Source: Camelus ferus
Lineage: Eukaryota
Length of the DNA: 64,000 bases
Reading direction: 5' to 3'
NCBI RefSeq assembly: GCF_009834535.1
Contig: NC_045696.1
Location: 94,614,001-94,678,000 of the forward strand
Under the pieces are notes generated by a model. That model searched no databases. It was not told where the DNA came from and worked only from the letters and a program-made list of their open reading frames with translations. Of this stretch, positions 1-12,705 are shown in pieces. Positions within the stretch are counted from its first letter, which is position 1; each line of letters starts with the position of its first letter. The translations under genes were made by a program, and so were the position numbers.

Positions 1-819
1 TAAAAAGGTAATCCAAAGGCTCTGAAGAGTAAGTCCTCCAGTTAAAATATTCCTACAGGAGAGATTATTAATAAACCAGATGATCTTTGACAAAATGAAA
101 GCGTACTATAATTCTGTCCACAAGAAAACAATTTAGAAATTTCAAATAAGTAACATGTATAAAGAAATCATGGTGTAAACATAAAACAGGTCCTTCATAT
201 ATTTTGACCAGTCCACACAATGTAAAATATATATTATATTATATAAAACAATATAATATCATGTGATATTTAATACATTGAAAAAGAAAAATCAATTTGA
301 CCTTAACACTCGCAATATTCTTCTTCAGCTAGTGTAAGTTTATGAACACAAGGTTATATTTCCTTCTTTATGGGTTAAATCATGCTACTTTGTACCTTAA
401 CAATGTTCACAGTATTTTGATAGTGAAAAAGCTTTTTACTTAAAAATTATTTTTTGACTCAACCTATTGGCAAAGGGTAGAATAATCTACCATTTAGAAC
501 AACCCAAGAGATAGAAACACTGACAGTGTAAAAAGCTGGGGCCTGTCAATAGAGGAGAGATGAAGAAAGCATATGGGACATTCATTTTCTCCTTTTATGT
601 GATTGTGAATACAAATTTTTGAAGTTGATGGATCAAGAAAGAAATTAATATTATTTACAGATATCAAGGTCACCTCTCAGGGACTGTTGTCTCATGAGAA
701 ATTGGATTGATGATGGACACTCTGTGTATCTCACAGCAGCTTTGCCATGAGTGTCAAATACAATTAGAGGTGTGGGAGCATTGGGGAAAATGATAGTGTT
801 TTTATCATCAGAGCACATA

Positions 820-1237
820 GCTTTATGTGGAATCTAAAACAAAGGAAAAAAAAGAGGACACTAATGAACTCATCTACAAAAAAGAAACAGACTCACAGAC
901 ATAGTAAACAATTTTATGGTTACCAGGGAAAGAGGGTAGGAAAAGATAAATTTGGGAGTTTGAGATTTGCAAATGTTAGCCACTATATATAAAAATAGAT
1001 TTTAAAAGTTTCTTCTGTATAGCACAGGAAACTAATTTACATGCAATATAATGTGTATGTGCAGTTGAACTGTAATAATTCTAACTAATAAAGCTGAAAA
1101 AGGGAAAAAATCTTGTAATAACCTTTAATGAAAAAGAATATGAAAATATATATATTATATGCATGACTGGGATATTGTGCTGTACATGAGAAATCGACAC
1201 ATTGTAACTGACTGTATTTCAATTAAAAAAAAAAAAG
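820..1237 (+). mobile_element. 5'-truncated LINE-1 3' UTR (camelid/cetartiodactyl type) with poly(A) tail
   Basis: Has motifs 'gaaacagactcacagacatag', 'gggagtttgagatt' and 'cattgtaactgactgtatttcaattaaaaa', shared with the L1 copies at 7660-7822 and 23305-23940; ends in an A-run. Confidence 0.85.
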
Positions 1238-1365
1238 CACGCAGATTTTATAGAAGTTTGGCCATTTGCTCATGCATCCTAACAGCAAATCAAAGCATAT
1301 TAAATACATCCAGTTACTTTCATCAGCTTTCTGCTCTGTGCAGTTCTCATAGTTTCTGTTCCATG

Positions 1366-1545
1366 TAGAATCATAGGACTTTAAAGTTAAAAAGGATTTC
1401 AAAGACTCTTAAGTTTACCTTCTTCATTTCAAAGATGAGGAAACTGAGGCCACATAACGTTAACTGACTTGATAAAGTCAAAGAGCAGTGAAATGACAAA
1501 TTAGTCCTAAAACAAAGTGTCCTGAGTCCTAAGGCAATGTTTTTC
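1366..1545 (-). mobile_element. MIR SINE fragment
   Basis: MIR core 'agatgaggaaactgaggc...tgacttg..aaagtca'. Confidence 0.7.
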
Positions 1546-1582
1546 TGCTACATAGATAAAGCAATGGCCCCAAAATAATATA

Positions 1583-1801
1583 TAGTTGACCTTTGAACAA
1601 CACTAGTTTGAACTGCTGGAGTCAACTTATATATGGATTTTTTTTTTTTCCCAGTCAGTCCGTACTAAGTACTTCATGATCTGTGGTTGGCTGAATCTAT
1701 GTATGGAGTGCCGACTATAAAGGCACACTCTGATTTTCAACTGCGCGGGGTCAGCGCCCCTAACCACCCTCGTCCCTGCCCAGTTGCTCAAGAGTCAACT
1801 G
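1583..1801 (+). mobile_element. Tigger2-derived MITE (TcMar-Tigger DNA transposon)
   Basis: TIRs (t)AGTTGACCTTTGAACAAC ... GTTGCTCAAGAGTCAACTG, preceded by TA; resembles the Tigger2a ends. Confidence 0.8.
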
Positions 1802-2149
1802 TTTAATAGTAAGTCCAGATAATAAGTTGAGTCTGTACGATTTCAGGAAAAACAGTTAGAACCTTGTAGTTTCATATGATCAAGAAATGTCCATGGTATA
1901 AATAAGTCTGCAATTCTAACTTGTAAAGGTTTACTCCATAACTTGTATATAGTTGTAACTATTTTATTATAGAAGATTCACTGATTTAATTGTTGTATAT
2001 GCAAATGTAGTCTTTTCAAGTAGATTTACAAATTATGATATGGAGTTGTATGTCTCCTACTTCCTCTTTGTCCAGACTCATAGGGCTACAGCAAAGCTTT
2101 CTATAAAAGTGAGTTAGCTTATTGCTTCTCTTTCGTATTTTTTCTTTTA

Positions 2150-3400
2150 AGTTTGTGTTTGAAATGATTTCAAACTTATAGAAAAGTTGTAAGAACAGTA
2201 TGAAAAACACCTGATTCCCATCTAGTGAGACTTAGCAAATGCTAACATTTCTTTCTCGCGCTCATCTACCTATCCATCTGTCCATCTATTTATCTGCATT
2301 CTATATATTACACAGTTTTAAAATGTATGTAATTTTTCTGATCCATGTGAGAGGTTTCACACATCATGCCCCTTTATCCCTTCATACCTGACTTTATGTT
2401 TCCCAAGAACAAGATTTCTCTTTTACCTGGTAACAGTACAGTTACCAAATTCAGGGCACTTAAACACTGATGTAACACTCTGAAGGCTACATCAGTTGTA
2501 CCAATAATATATTCTTTTCAGTTTTTCTTTTCCCCAATTGGATATTGTCTAGGATGACATACCGCAGTTTGCAGTCACATCTGTTTAGACTCATTTAATT
2601 TAGAACTGTTCCTCGGCCTTCCTTTGTCTTTCATGCCATTGGCAGTTCTGATGAACACAGGCCAGTTATTTCATTGAATATCCTGATTAAAGTTGGGGTT
2701 TCTGTTGTTTCCTGGTGATTAATCTCAGACTACCGATTTTTGATTGGACGGCTACATGGCTGATGCTGTATCTTTCTCACAGTTTCACACTGGGCAGCAC
2801 CGGATGGAGCTGCCTCTTATTGGTGATTAACATTAATCCACTTGTTTAAGATCTTATCCCATTTCTCCACCATACAGTATTTCCCCGATTGTAATTATTA
2901 AGTAATTTGTGAAGAGACAGTTTGAAACTATGTAAATATCTTGTTCCTCATCAAATTTTCTGCCCCTAGATTAAGCCTATTGATCATTCCAGCTGGAATC
3001 AGTTTCACTGGGATGGTTGCAAAATGGTAATTTACATTTTATTTATCTATTAGCCTTCTCCATCTACCAGGCAGTAAAGAACAGCTTTCTCTTCTTCCTT
3101 ATTTATTAACAGTTTGGACCCATGGATTCTTGTTTTATGCAGTCATATTCCATTAATGCACCTCTCTTTTCTCGCTCTCTCTCTTATGCCCAGATTGTCT
3201 TATATTTGGCTTCTTGGAACTCATTCAGGCTGGCTTCTGTGTACTTTTGACATGTTCTCATCATTTTTTGAGCACGTCCTTATTTCTAGGCATAAAAAGA
3301 AAAAAAAAATCACAGGCTCATGGTGTACCTTCACTGCTGTTGCCCAGGAATCAGCCATTCTCGAGAAGCCCTCAGCCCTTTCAGTGGGAACTGGTATTTA
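2150..3400 (-). mobile_element. Ancient L1 3' region (L1MC4/L1MC5-like)
   Basis: Starts 'tttgaaatgatttcaaacttatagaaaagttg' and ends 'ccaggaatcagccatt...gggaactggtattta', typical of antisense L1MC 3' ends. Confidence 0.6.
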
Positions 3401-6400
3401 GCCTGATTGGATTTTGAAGTTGACATCACAAGGTCAGTCATGTCCTTCTGAAATAAATCTCCTGGTTTGAGTAGAAAATAATCAGAACTGAAAAGACATT
3501 GCTCAGTTCTCATCCAGAATGGAAATACTCTGTGCTTGATTTCTCTTTTTTCCCCCCCAGAATTAGGTAGTAGATGTGAGAAATGAATCCATCGCAAAAA
3601 AGTGTGCTGAAGTGCATATGAAGGAAACATTTTAATTACCACATAAAATCAGTCTACAAAACAAATCAGTTCAATTAAAAATCTAGTATTTTAAGTGAGT
3701 TGAAAATCACTATAATTCCAAGTGAAAATATAAGTTGTGTCTTGGCGTTCTTCAAAATGGCTCACTTGAAAATAGTTATATAAACACAAACTCAAAATAT
3801 GTTTTTAAGCACATGATAGGAAATACATAATATGAAAACACCAATTATGAAATATCAGATTTAAAATACTTAGTGTTTGGCATATGGTAGGTGCTAACAT
3901 TTTTATGAAAGACTTAGGGAGATTTAAGAAAAAAGATGGCCACTCATAAGAACTCACAAAAATATGTATATGCAACATGTCAAATTGTACATATGTATGT
4001 AACAGAATGCCACATATGCCCTCTCTACCTGAATAGTGTATGGACAATTTCCAATTTAAACTCCATTTCTTTCAAAATTTGATTTTTTTAAAGAGTCAGC
4101 TGAGAAAGCAAAAAATACAGATGAGAGAGCAGGATGTCAAACATGATGTTACAAAGACAGGCTGGAGTGCATGTTGTCTTTGCCCAAGAAAAGCAGACCA
4201 GTCGAAAGCAGAGCATCTCAGCAGTAGCCTTTCATTGTGAAACCAGCTTGTGGCAATACCTCTTCTCCAGCCGAGAGGCAATTAAATATCTAAGAATGGA
4301 CAATCCTCCAACTGCTTCACAAGTGTTAAAATCAGCACCAAAACATGGTGTAACTCACCATATGTTGTAATTAAATGTAGGAACTCACACTTCCGTGTAG
4401 CCATAAAACCTCTGGGGAGGGCGGTTGCACCATCAACCCGAGATCAGACAGCGATGTGGGAGACATACCCTCCTTCACACACTTACAAACACAGCCTCAG
4501 ACAATCCCTTGGTTTGTTTCAGATTCCCCAGGCTTCTCAGCTACATTTGTAATAGCGAGAAAGAAATTTTGATCAAAAGAAACCGCAGAGCAAGACAGGA
4601 GTCCAGGAGCATGACTAGACTAGAGTTTCCAGGTCCCGCTGTTTTCTTTCAAGTAATGAAATAAGTGAACATAAAAGAGGAGTCCAGGTTGAAGACAGAA
4701 AGGAGGCTGGGCAAGAAGTGGCAATAAGACACCAGCTCGGAAGGACCAAGGTGAGCTGTGCCGACCTGCCAAGTCTTGCTCATTTAGAGGGAGGCTCCCT
4801 CCTATTGGTAAAACTACAGAGATGTTTAAAAAAAAAAAAAATTTCCCTAGTGCTCTAGGAGATTACAGCATACCACAGTGAAAACATTTTGGGATCCAAT
4901 TGTTAACGGATGGAAATATCCCTTGGACAAATGGTCTCTGCTGGAGAAGCTATTCATTGACCAGACTCACTGTCAGCAGCACCTCTCACCAGGTGTTCAG
5001 CAGGAAGTGCCACCTTCCGGGAAGGCTCAGCTCAGCAGGAAGTGGCAGCTGGTGAGGGGAATAACCTGATTTACCTGCTCAGGGAAGGGATAGTGCTGGG
5101 AACAGAGTGGATAAACTCTAATTACATTCTGCAACAGAGCGAGGAGGAATTAACCCAGAAGCAAGTGGGGCCAGAAGCTGTGGAGCTGGCTCTCTGCTGT
5201 CTACCTGGGGATGTGGAGGAGGGAGGCCTCGGCACACTGGCTCACCACGGCCACATTCCCAGGGAGGAGAATCAGCCCACGGGGTGGGGGTGGGGGGGGG
5301 AGCCAGGGGTGACCCAGGAGGACAGAGGCCCTGCCCTGGAGCCCTGCAATGTGTCTACCTTTCCACAGCCCAGGGCACATAGAGTTGCAAGGGAGGTGAG
5401 GACTCCCTGTGGGGCGGAAGGAAGTGAAGAGAAAGATCCAGTTGACCTGCAAGTCATGACCTGGTGACTCAGCTTGGGAGCCTTCCACTTATTGTTTGAC
5501 TTGAGCTCCCCAGGAGGGAAGAGGACCAGTCGGCACTGTCCCACCACTGAGGCCATGTAACTCGTCTCGGGGTCTCCCTCTCTGTCCCTGCCTCTGGTTA
5601 ATTTATGGTGGGTCCTTGTGGAGGCTGGCTAATGCCACGATTGATTTTTATGTACTGTAATTCATTTACAAAATAGAGAGCTGTGTTCCCTACACACCCA
5701 TCGACCGTCCTCTCATAATCTCCCTTTCCCCAGCCCCTTACTCTTTCCCTCTATGAGAAAGTGACAAGTAAGCAAGTGATAGAAAGGGCTCCTTTTAGCA
5801 AATTTGCAGAGTATTACAGGAGGTAGGCTGTTTCAGTCCATTTCCTGTATTTTTTATAGCGACAGTGTCATTATCATTGATGTTCAGAATGGAGGTCTGC
5901 ACAATTGCAAATTCCACAGCCTGAAGGACTAAATTATATTCATTATAGATGTATTGCTATTCCTTTTATTGAATTAAGATTTTTGACAATCCATGTGTAA
6001 CATACTCGGCAGTGGTGATAATAAAGTAGAAAACCCCATTCTTCAGGGAAGCTTCCTGAGTCAGTTACTGAGAGGAACAGGGAAGAACAATAACGGTCTG
6101 GGGTTCCTCTGGAAGGCTGTTCTTACAAACAGGATGAGTGCAGAGTAGATGAGCTGAAAAGCAAGGGCAGAATTCTCATCCTGGGTTTGAATCTCTAGTT
6201 GTAAAAAGGAAAGGAAAGGATGATCATTTAAAAAATACTATTACAAGGGTAAATATTCTCTGTAATGATAAACCTCAATCCTTTCTGCCTTTATTCACTT
6301 TTGTATACATTCTCATAAGATAGGGACAGGCTGAGGAGCGAATCGTGGCATTTGAACATAGATGAGTTAACAAAGGGTCACCAAATACTCTTTTTTTAAA

Positions 6401-6858
6401 GGAAGGTGGAGAGAAGGGTAAAATTGCCTGGTTTGATTGCCTGATGTAGATGATAAGTGAAAACTGGATTTAATTATAAAGATAATGATAACTAATAGCA
6501 CTGGAAAGCAATGAGATTTTAACGTTAAGCCTAGTGCCCAGAGTTATGGACCCATCGTTTTAAAATAGACTAAGCTACCAATTGCATGAAAACTTTCAGA
6601 GACCCTCCAAGCAAATTTTAAATCACAAAATGATGCAATAAGGATAATTCAACTTTTACCTCTTCTCTGAATCGTGTGTATCTGTAGGCACTTAATATCA
6701 AAAAGCACTCAAGCTGTTCTGGAGTTCAATATGGGAAGAAGTGTAAGTTTATAGCTGATTCAGCCAAGCAGATCTTACCATGGTAGAAACAAATTTAGAA
6801 TTTTACAAGTGAATATTTAATTGTTTAAAAGTCAAAGGTTGGGGGGTGAGGGGGGTCA

Positions 6859-6975
6859 GGGGGAGAGGGTATAGCTCAGTGGTAGAGCACATGTTTAGCA
6901 TGCACAAGGTCCTGGGTTCAATCCCCAGTACCTCCATTTAAAAATTTTTTTTTAGTGGTTAAAATTGTAAATTAA
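6859..6975 (+). mobile_element. tRNA-derived camelid SINE (Vic-1-like)
   Basis: GGGTATAGCTCAGTGGTAGAGCACATGTTTAGCATGCACAAGGTCCTGGGTTCAATCCCCAGTACCTCC with A and B boxes and an AT-rich tail; diverged TSD aattgtttaaaagtcaaagg / aattgtttaaaatgccaaagg. Confidence 0.9.
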
Positions 6976-7659
6976 AAATTGTTTAAAATGCCAAAGGCAA
7001 GAAGTCCCTTCCTCTAATTTACTAGTATTAGAAAAACTATATGTGATATTTAAAATTTGACAGTAGCATTTAAAAGAATGGTTACAAATGCCAGTTGAGG
7101 GGACCAGAGTCACAGCTCTTACTGACCTGGGAAATCATAAATTTTCAAAGCACTGTTCTCAAATCCAACCTATTATTGGCCACAGAGCTCCTCAGAGCAA
7201 AGTTTTTACACGTCCCTGGGACAAGTTGGTGAATCTCAATCACCTATGAAGTGAGATGCCTGGAAGTTAGTGACCAGATTGACAGATCATAGCCCTGCCT
7301 CTCTTCACTTTTGCAGGCAGGTGAAAGGAAGGGTTGATACCACTTGTGTAGACAGCAGTTTTGTGCTAAAGTCACAAGTGAAGGCACGCAGTCCCTTTCT
7401 ATTACCTTCTGTTTCCTTTCTATGGAGGAGAAAATCTAGGCTTCAACAAAAGCTTAGAAGTGGTTGAAAACTGAATCCATTTCTCAAGATGAATAGTACT
7501 GAAGTACTAGGCAACATAATAATTCATTAATACAATAGTTCAGTAAACAGTATTAGTATGGATTTGAAAAAATTATAAATAAGATATGGTTAAGTGTTAC
7601 TATTTATAAATCATCAACCGTTTAAAAAGTTTGAATTCTTACAAACTATACGTGCCTTT

Positions 7660-7822
7660 TAAAAAATATATATTTTAATTGAAGTATAGTCAGTTCACAA
7701 TGTGTCAGTTTCTGGTGTACAGCATAACGCTTCAGTCATATGTGTACATACATATATTTGTTTTCGTATTCTTTTTCACCATAAGTTACTACAAGATATT
7801 GAACATCGTTTCCTGCGCTATA
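7660..7822 (-). mobile_element. Short L1 3' end
   Basis: Reverse complement of the L1 tail at 23800-23935; TSD tatacgtgccttt (7647-7659) / tatacatgccttt (7823-7835). Confidence 0.85.
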
Positions 7823-8599
7823 TATACATGCCTTTAAAGTTGTACAGAATTTCATTTTGAGTTTTCTATTAAACTTCATTTTGCCTCATTAATGCTAAAG
7901 CCTGATTTTCAAAGTGGATTTAAAAGCAGCCAGCCCACACATAGTTGTCCTAAAAGGAGTTAGGCAGGAATGTGATGTGACATTTCAGGTCCTATTTTTG
8001 TTTAAAAAGTATGTCTGTGTTAAAGTAGTTATAATGCTGAGAACTGTGACTGGAATTTTTTTTTTAATTCTGGTTTGTTTTCACTTGTTTTCTAATGGTT
8101 ATACAATGTTTATAATTTTTACAATCAGATAAAAATATGTGAAAAATATCCAGTGCTGAACCAAACCCTAAAGAGAGGCTTTCCCCTGCCCACCAGCACA
8201 CCCAGATACGCCCATGCAATGAGCAGAAGAGATGAACATACTCACTATGCAGCTAGGATTTAAGAGCCCGTGGTACATCAGATGCTGTGTTAAGTCCTGG
8301 ATAGTTACGGAGCATCCTTCATCCCTTGAGCCTATAACCTCTTTCTGAAAATACTCTTTATCCATAGCTTTTCCCCATCAGAAGAGGAACAACATGAATA
8401 ATTATTACCCAGACCCAAATTTCAAATCCACAAAAGCCAAAATTTAAAATAAGACCTCAAAAGGAACTGGACCCTGAGTCAAAACTAGGGTAAAGCAAAG
8501 TGAAATTAATCTAAACTGAGTATATATCTATCATTGCTGGTTTTGTTTATTAGTTTTATTATTTTTTTAAGAAAGAACTAAAGAAAGGAGAATCATTTT

Positions 8600-8810
8600 G
8601 ATTAAGTGTCAACTTTCTGCCAGGCATTAAGTATCGCAATTTACAAGCTGAACATAATTTAATCTGCATGATAATTGTGTAGTATATATCATTCCTTATG
8701 TTTCAAATGAAGAAACTGAGTCCTAAAGAGTTTAACAAACTTGACCAAGTCACCCAGCTGATGGAAGCAGAGCTAGAATTATATCTGCTTGTTCTGATTT
8801 CAAAGACAAA
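8600..8810 (-). mobile_element. MIR SINE
   Basis: MIR core 'caaatgaagaaactgag...acttgaccaagtcacccagct'. Confidence 0.7.
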
Positions 8811-9962
8811 CTGACTATCAATTTCTTACAACTACTGAAAAGGGGAGTAGGAGGGGCATGAGGTGAAGTACCAATATAATTAGAACTGATAATTTATTAC
8901 ATTGAAGTTTCCTGTTTAAAACTTTTTCCCCCTCAATCACTTACTTTACCAAGGCAACCAAAGAAATAGAAAACAAATGAGTAATTAATATTGACTTTGC
9001 CTAAGGGTAGAAAATATTAGGAATCTTAAAACAGACAAAATATTGGAGCAGAAAAGACACAGGGGTCAAAACTCCCAGCTAATTTATAAGAAAATAAGCC
9101 CATGAAAAATTGAGAATGTTCTATGGTAAAATTGTATTAAAGTATTATCAACATCTCTTGTTTTATTAATAATTCCTTCTGATATTCACTGTAGCTTAAG
9201 AAGCTAAGCTTTATAAGACACTAAAACTTAAAAAAAAACGACTTGAGCTTCACTCACAGAATTTTGCAACAACTACAAAGTATTGAGTCAAATTTTAAAA
9301 TTAAAAAAATTCCAAATACCTGGTCCAGCCATAATCATTTAAACTCAGTTATCTCTAATTATCAGGAAGGAGCTTCATTTGGCCACTAAGTATGTATTTT
9401 GACTAAATCACAACTTACACTCTGGAGTATAATTTTCCTGTTTTAAAACAATAGGGATTAGGTAGCTAAATATTCAGTGACTCTGAAAACAGTGAATCTA
9501 TCAGTTTTATTCTGATTTTTTTTTATGTAGGTTGTAGGGAAAAGCAAGAATTTTATTTTTGCTTCAGAAATTTTTATTCACAATGCATCCTATTGCATGA
9601 TAAAGAAAATATGGGGAAAATGATGTTTTTCGGAATAGGCATGTATGCATAATATCACATTATAAATAAAACATTTTTAATTGACTTTGTTGTAATGATG
9701 CTAACCAGAGCTGGGGGTGTGAGACAGAGAAGGTCAGTGACAAGGAAGGCTTGGTGCTCTCGTACACCCATCAGTCTCTCCTCCCTCCATCCTTAACGGT
9801 TCTACCAGCAAGAGCAGATAGCTCAGCTCCTCTCACTTTAGCACATATCCCTCCAGCAGTATGTTGTCATTTTTCCTTCTCCTTTGACACAAACCTTCCT
9901 GTTCCCTGAAATGTATTCGTACTGGAGGAACAAAGCATTTGCTATCTGACTACAGAAAGCCA

Positions 9963-10166
9963 TAGTATTTCTTGAAAGTGGTGTTATTGTTATTGGCATT
10001 TGAGGTGGGACTTACTGGCTGGCAAGTCATTTAGCAACACTGACCCTGAGTTCTGAATGCCAGCGACCACCCCCTTCCCAACTGTAACAAGCTAAATAAA
10101 ACAAACCACGCTACATATTTCCATGACCTTCAGGGAGGACGTATTTCCCTGATTGTCAATCACTAG
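9963..10166. mobile_element. MER20-like hAT MITE, degraded
   Basis: 'tattggcattt..ggtgggac...aatgccagc...tgtaacaa' and degenerate hAT-type ends. Confidence 0.45.
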
Positions 10167-10475
10167 TTTAAGCCACCTGCCACATTTACTATCTAGGAAA
10201 CTGAGCCACAGAATGATGCACAACTTGTTTAAGATCATAAAGTTAGTATTTTTTTTTTAAATGTACCCTTCTCCATACCAAGAAGAGACTTGTGATGCAT
10301 AACCAGACACTGTTATTTGAAGTACTTTTTCCAGAGGTACGAATGGTTTTGAATGTAGGTATTAACTTCTGTGATAGTGAGTGGAAGGCAGAGCGGTCAC
10401 CACTGCTGCAATGTTTACTTAAAGGACTTAATAGCAAATATCTGTGATGGTTACACTATCAACAATTTGTTAGGT

Positions 10476-11933
10476 CAGTGGTTCTCAAAGTGAGATGTGC
10501 AAACCCTTGGAGGTCTCTGAGACCCTTTCAGAACCTCCACTAAGCCAAAACTGTTTTTATAATAATACTAAAAGGTTGTTTGCCTTTTTATTATGTCAGC
10601 ATTTAAACCCACAATGCAAAAGAAATGTCAGGGAAAAAAACCTGCGCTAGTGCCTTAGCGTAAATCAAGGCAAGGACACCAAGTTGTACTTACTAGTAGT
10701 CATCGTGTTCCACACCACTAGGCACTTGTACTTAGAAAAAAATTGAAGAAAGGATATCACACATAGAAATACACTTAAATACTCTGTGTAACAAAAGTGG
10801 AAATAAGCATAAAGCACTTCTGCATACAGACATACAAATGGTTTTCTCCGGGAGAAGCTCTTGTGTGATTGTTCGAGTTATGAGTTAAACTAGCCTTGTT
10901 AATATAGCACTATTTTTACTTGAAGGAATGATTGAAAGACTATGGTAATTCAGACTTGGGTATTTAGAAATATTTTCTAAAAAATATAAGCCTGTAACTT
11001 AGGGTGGCCAACCATCTTTGTTTGCCTGGGATTAAAGGGTTTGGGGACACAGGTATTTTCAGTGCTAAAATAGCAAAAGTCCCGAGCAAAGTGGGGCACT
11101 TTATTGTCACTTCAGGAAAACAACCAGCAGTATGTGTCACCAATGATGGTAAATTCAAACCTTTCAAGCAAAAGCTAGAATTTAGGAAAACTTGTATCTT
11201 CTACTCTGAGCTTGTCAGTTTCCTGATAAAGACTTTTTGGATGAGATTGGAAATTCTGCTAGTGGCAAATACTAAGCTAATTTTTTGATAGTGTATAATG
11301 AAATATATTAACATTTGCAAAATTAACATTTTGCAAAATTAGTGAATCAAGATTTTCCAAATAATCAGTGCATGATGTTACAGAATTCATTCAAAGTGCA
11401 AGATAGCCAGTGGATTTTAACATACCAGACAAGTTCACTGATATGTTTTCAGATTCACATTGAAACCAAATTTTAAGAAACTACCATTTGAAATGTTTGA
11501 GTGTAATATCAAATAAGAATATCCACAATTATCTGAAAAAAAAAGAAAAAGCCATTTCCAACTACATAGCTAAGTGAGACCAAATTTTCTTTTTGTAATT
11601 TGAATCAAAGCAATATTATCAAAACACACTGAATCTAGAAACAAATGGGAATCCAAATTTTTAAAAATTAATCCAGACGTTAAGGGGATGTGAAAAAATA
11701 AAGTGTTGTTCTTCTCACTAGTTGTGTTTTAGAAAATAGTTATTTCTTCATTAAAACATATTTTAGATGTTACTGTGAAATAATTTACTTTTTAATTAGA
11801 TACTTAAAATTTTCTGTTTCTAGTATCATGATTAATAGATACAACCTACAAGAAAACAAAAACTTTTTTTTTGATTCTCAATAATTAGTAAAAGCAAAGA
11901 GGTGTTTTAAGACTGAAGTATTTGAGAAACATC
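10476..11933 (+). mobile_element. Charlie1a hAT DNA transposon, near full length, with nested MER81
   Basis: Starts CAGTGGTTCTCAAAGTG...GAGACCCTTTCAG...ATAATAATACTAA and ends '...tttgagaaacatc'; ~1.45 kb including the insert. Confidence 0.85.
11000..11103 (+). mobile_element. MER81 (hAT-Blackjack) MITE nested in Charlie1a
   Basis: TAGGGTGGCCAACCATC...TTTTCAGTGCTAAAA...AAGTCCCGAGCAAA; 8-bp TSD ctgtaact (10992-10999) / ttgtcact (11104-11111). Confidence 0.8.
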
Positions 11934-12549
11934 ATGGTACATGGTTAATGCTATTTTTATCCAATTCCATTCTTTCCAAAATATTACTCTCTTGGAACAC
12001 TAATATTCTAGTTCCACAGACTTTTTTCATTTTAATTTTGAAAAATCTGCTCTGTTAAAAATAAAAAAAAAAAATTTCCAGGGGACCTCTGATTGTCAGT
12101 CATTAAAATTCCCCCCTCCCCAAAAAAGAGACAGAGAGAGAGACTCACTCCTTAATCTTTAATATGATAATGTCTGGGTGATTCTTCAACACAGTAAGAA
12201 CCACGAACTATGCTAGGAGGAATTTTTTAAAACTTTTGTAAGATTCTACTACCAAGTTCCATTGAGTCAATTAATTTAAATATTGGCTTCTTGAAAGACA
12301 CAGTCTTTGATGAATTCCTGAGGTTATATCATGTTTTATGGGAAAATTTAGCTAAAATTTAACTGGTTCCTGGCGTCTTTTCCAGAATTCACTGATGGGT
12401 GTCCTAGAGAAAAGCCTCAGCTACTTCTTAGAGCTCTTTACCTGCTCTGTGATATCACTGTAGATAGATGCTTTAGCACTGTCAAAGATGAGGAACTCTA
12501 CCCTCCAGACAGTAAGGCTCCCTGAGAGGTCAGTGTTACACACCCAAGC

Positions 12550-12705
12550 CAGCATGCCTGCCTTTACTAGCTATGTGTTCGTAGGCATGACACTTAAGTT
12601 CCCTTGACTCTGTTTCTTCATTTGTAAAGAGTACCAACGTTGAGGTCAAGTTTTTAGAAGAATAGTGGCACATAGAAATACTCAGCAAGTATTAGCTTTT
12701 ATTTT
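12550..12705 (+). mobile_element. MIR SINE
   Basis: 'ttactagctatgtg...ctgtttcttcatttgtaaa...tggcacatag..actcagcaagtattag'. Confidence 0.7.

Noticed and set aside
1..800. Possible very old L1 fragment
   Set aside because: A-rich and suggestive, but too degraded to assign by eye.
5042..5467. 141-aa ORF
   Set aside because: GTG start, no recognisable domain or splice context; lies in a GC-elevated, probably repeat-derived block.
6862..6936. tRNA-like sequences (also at 25436, 27618, 60430)
   Set aside because: They carry A-rich tails and TSDs and are mutually diverged, so they are SINEs and not tRNA genes.
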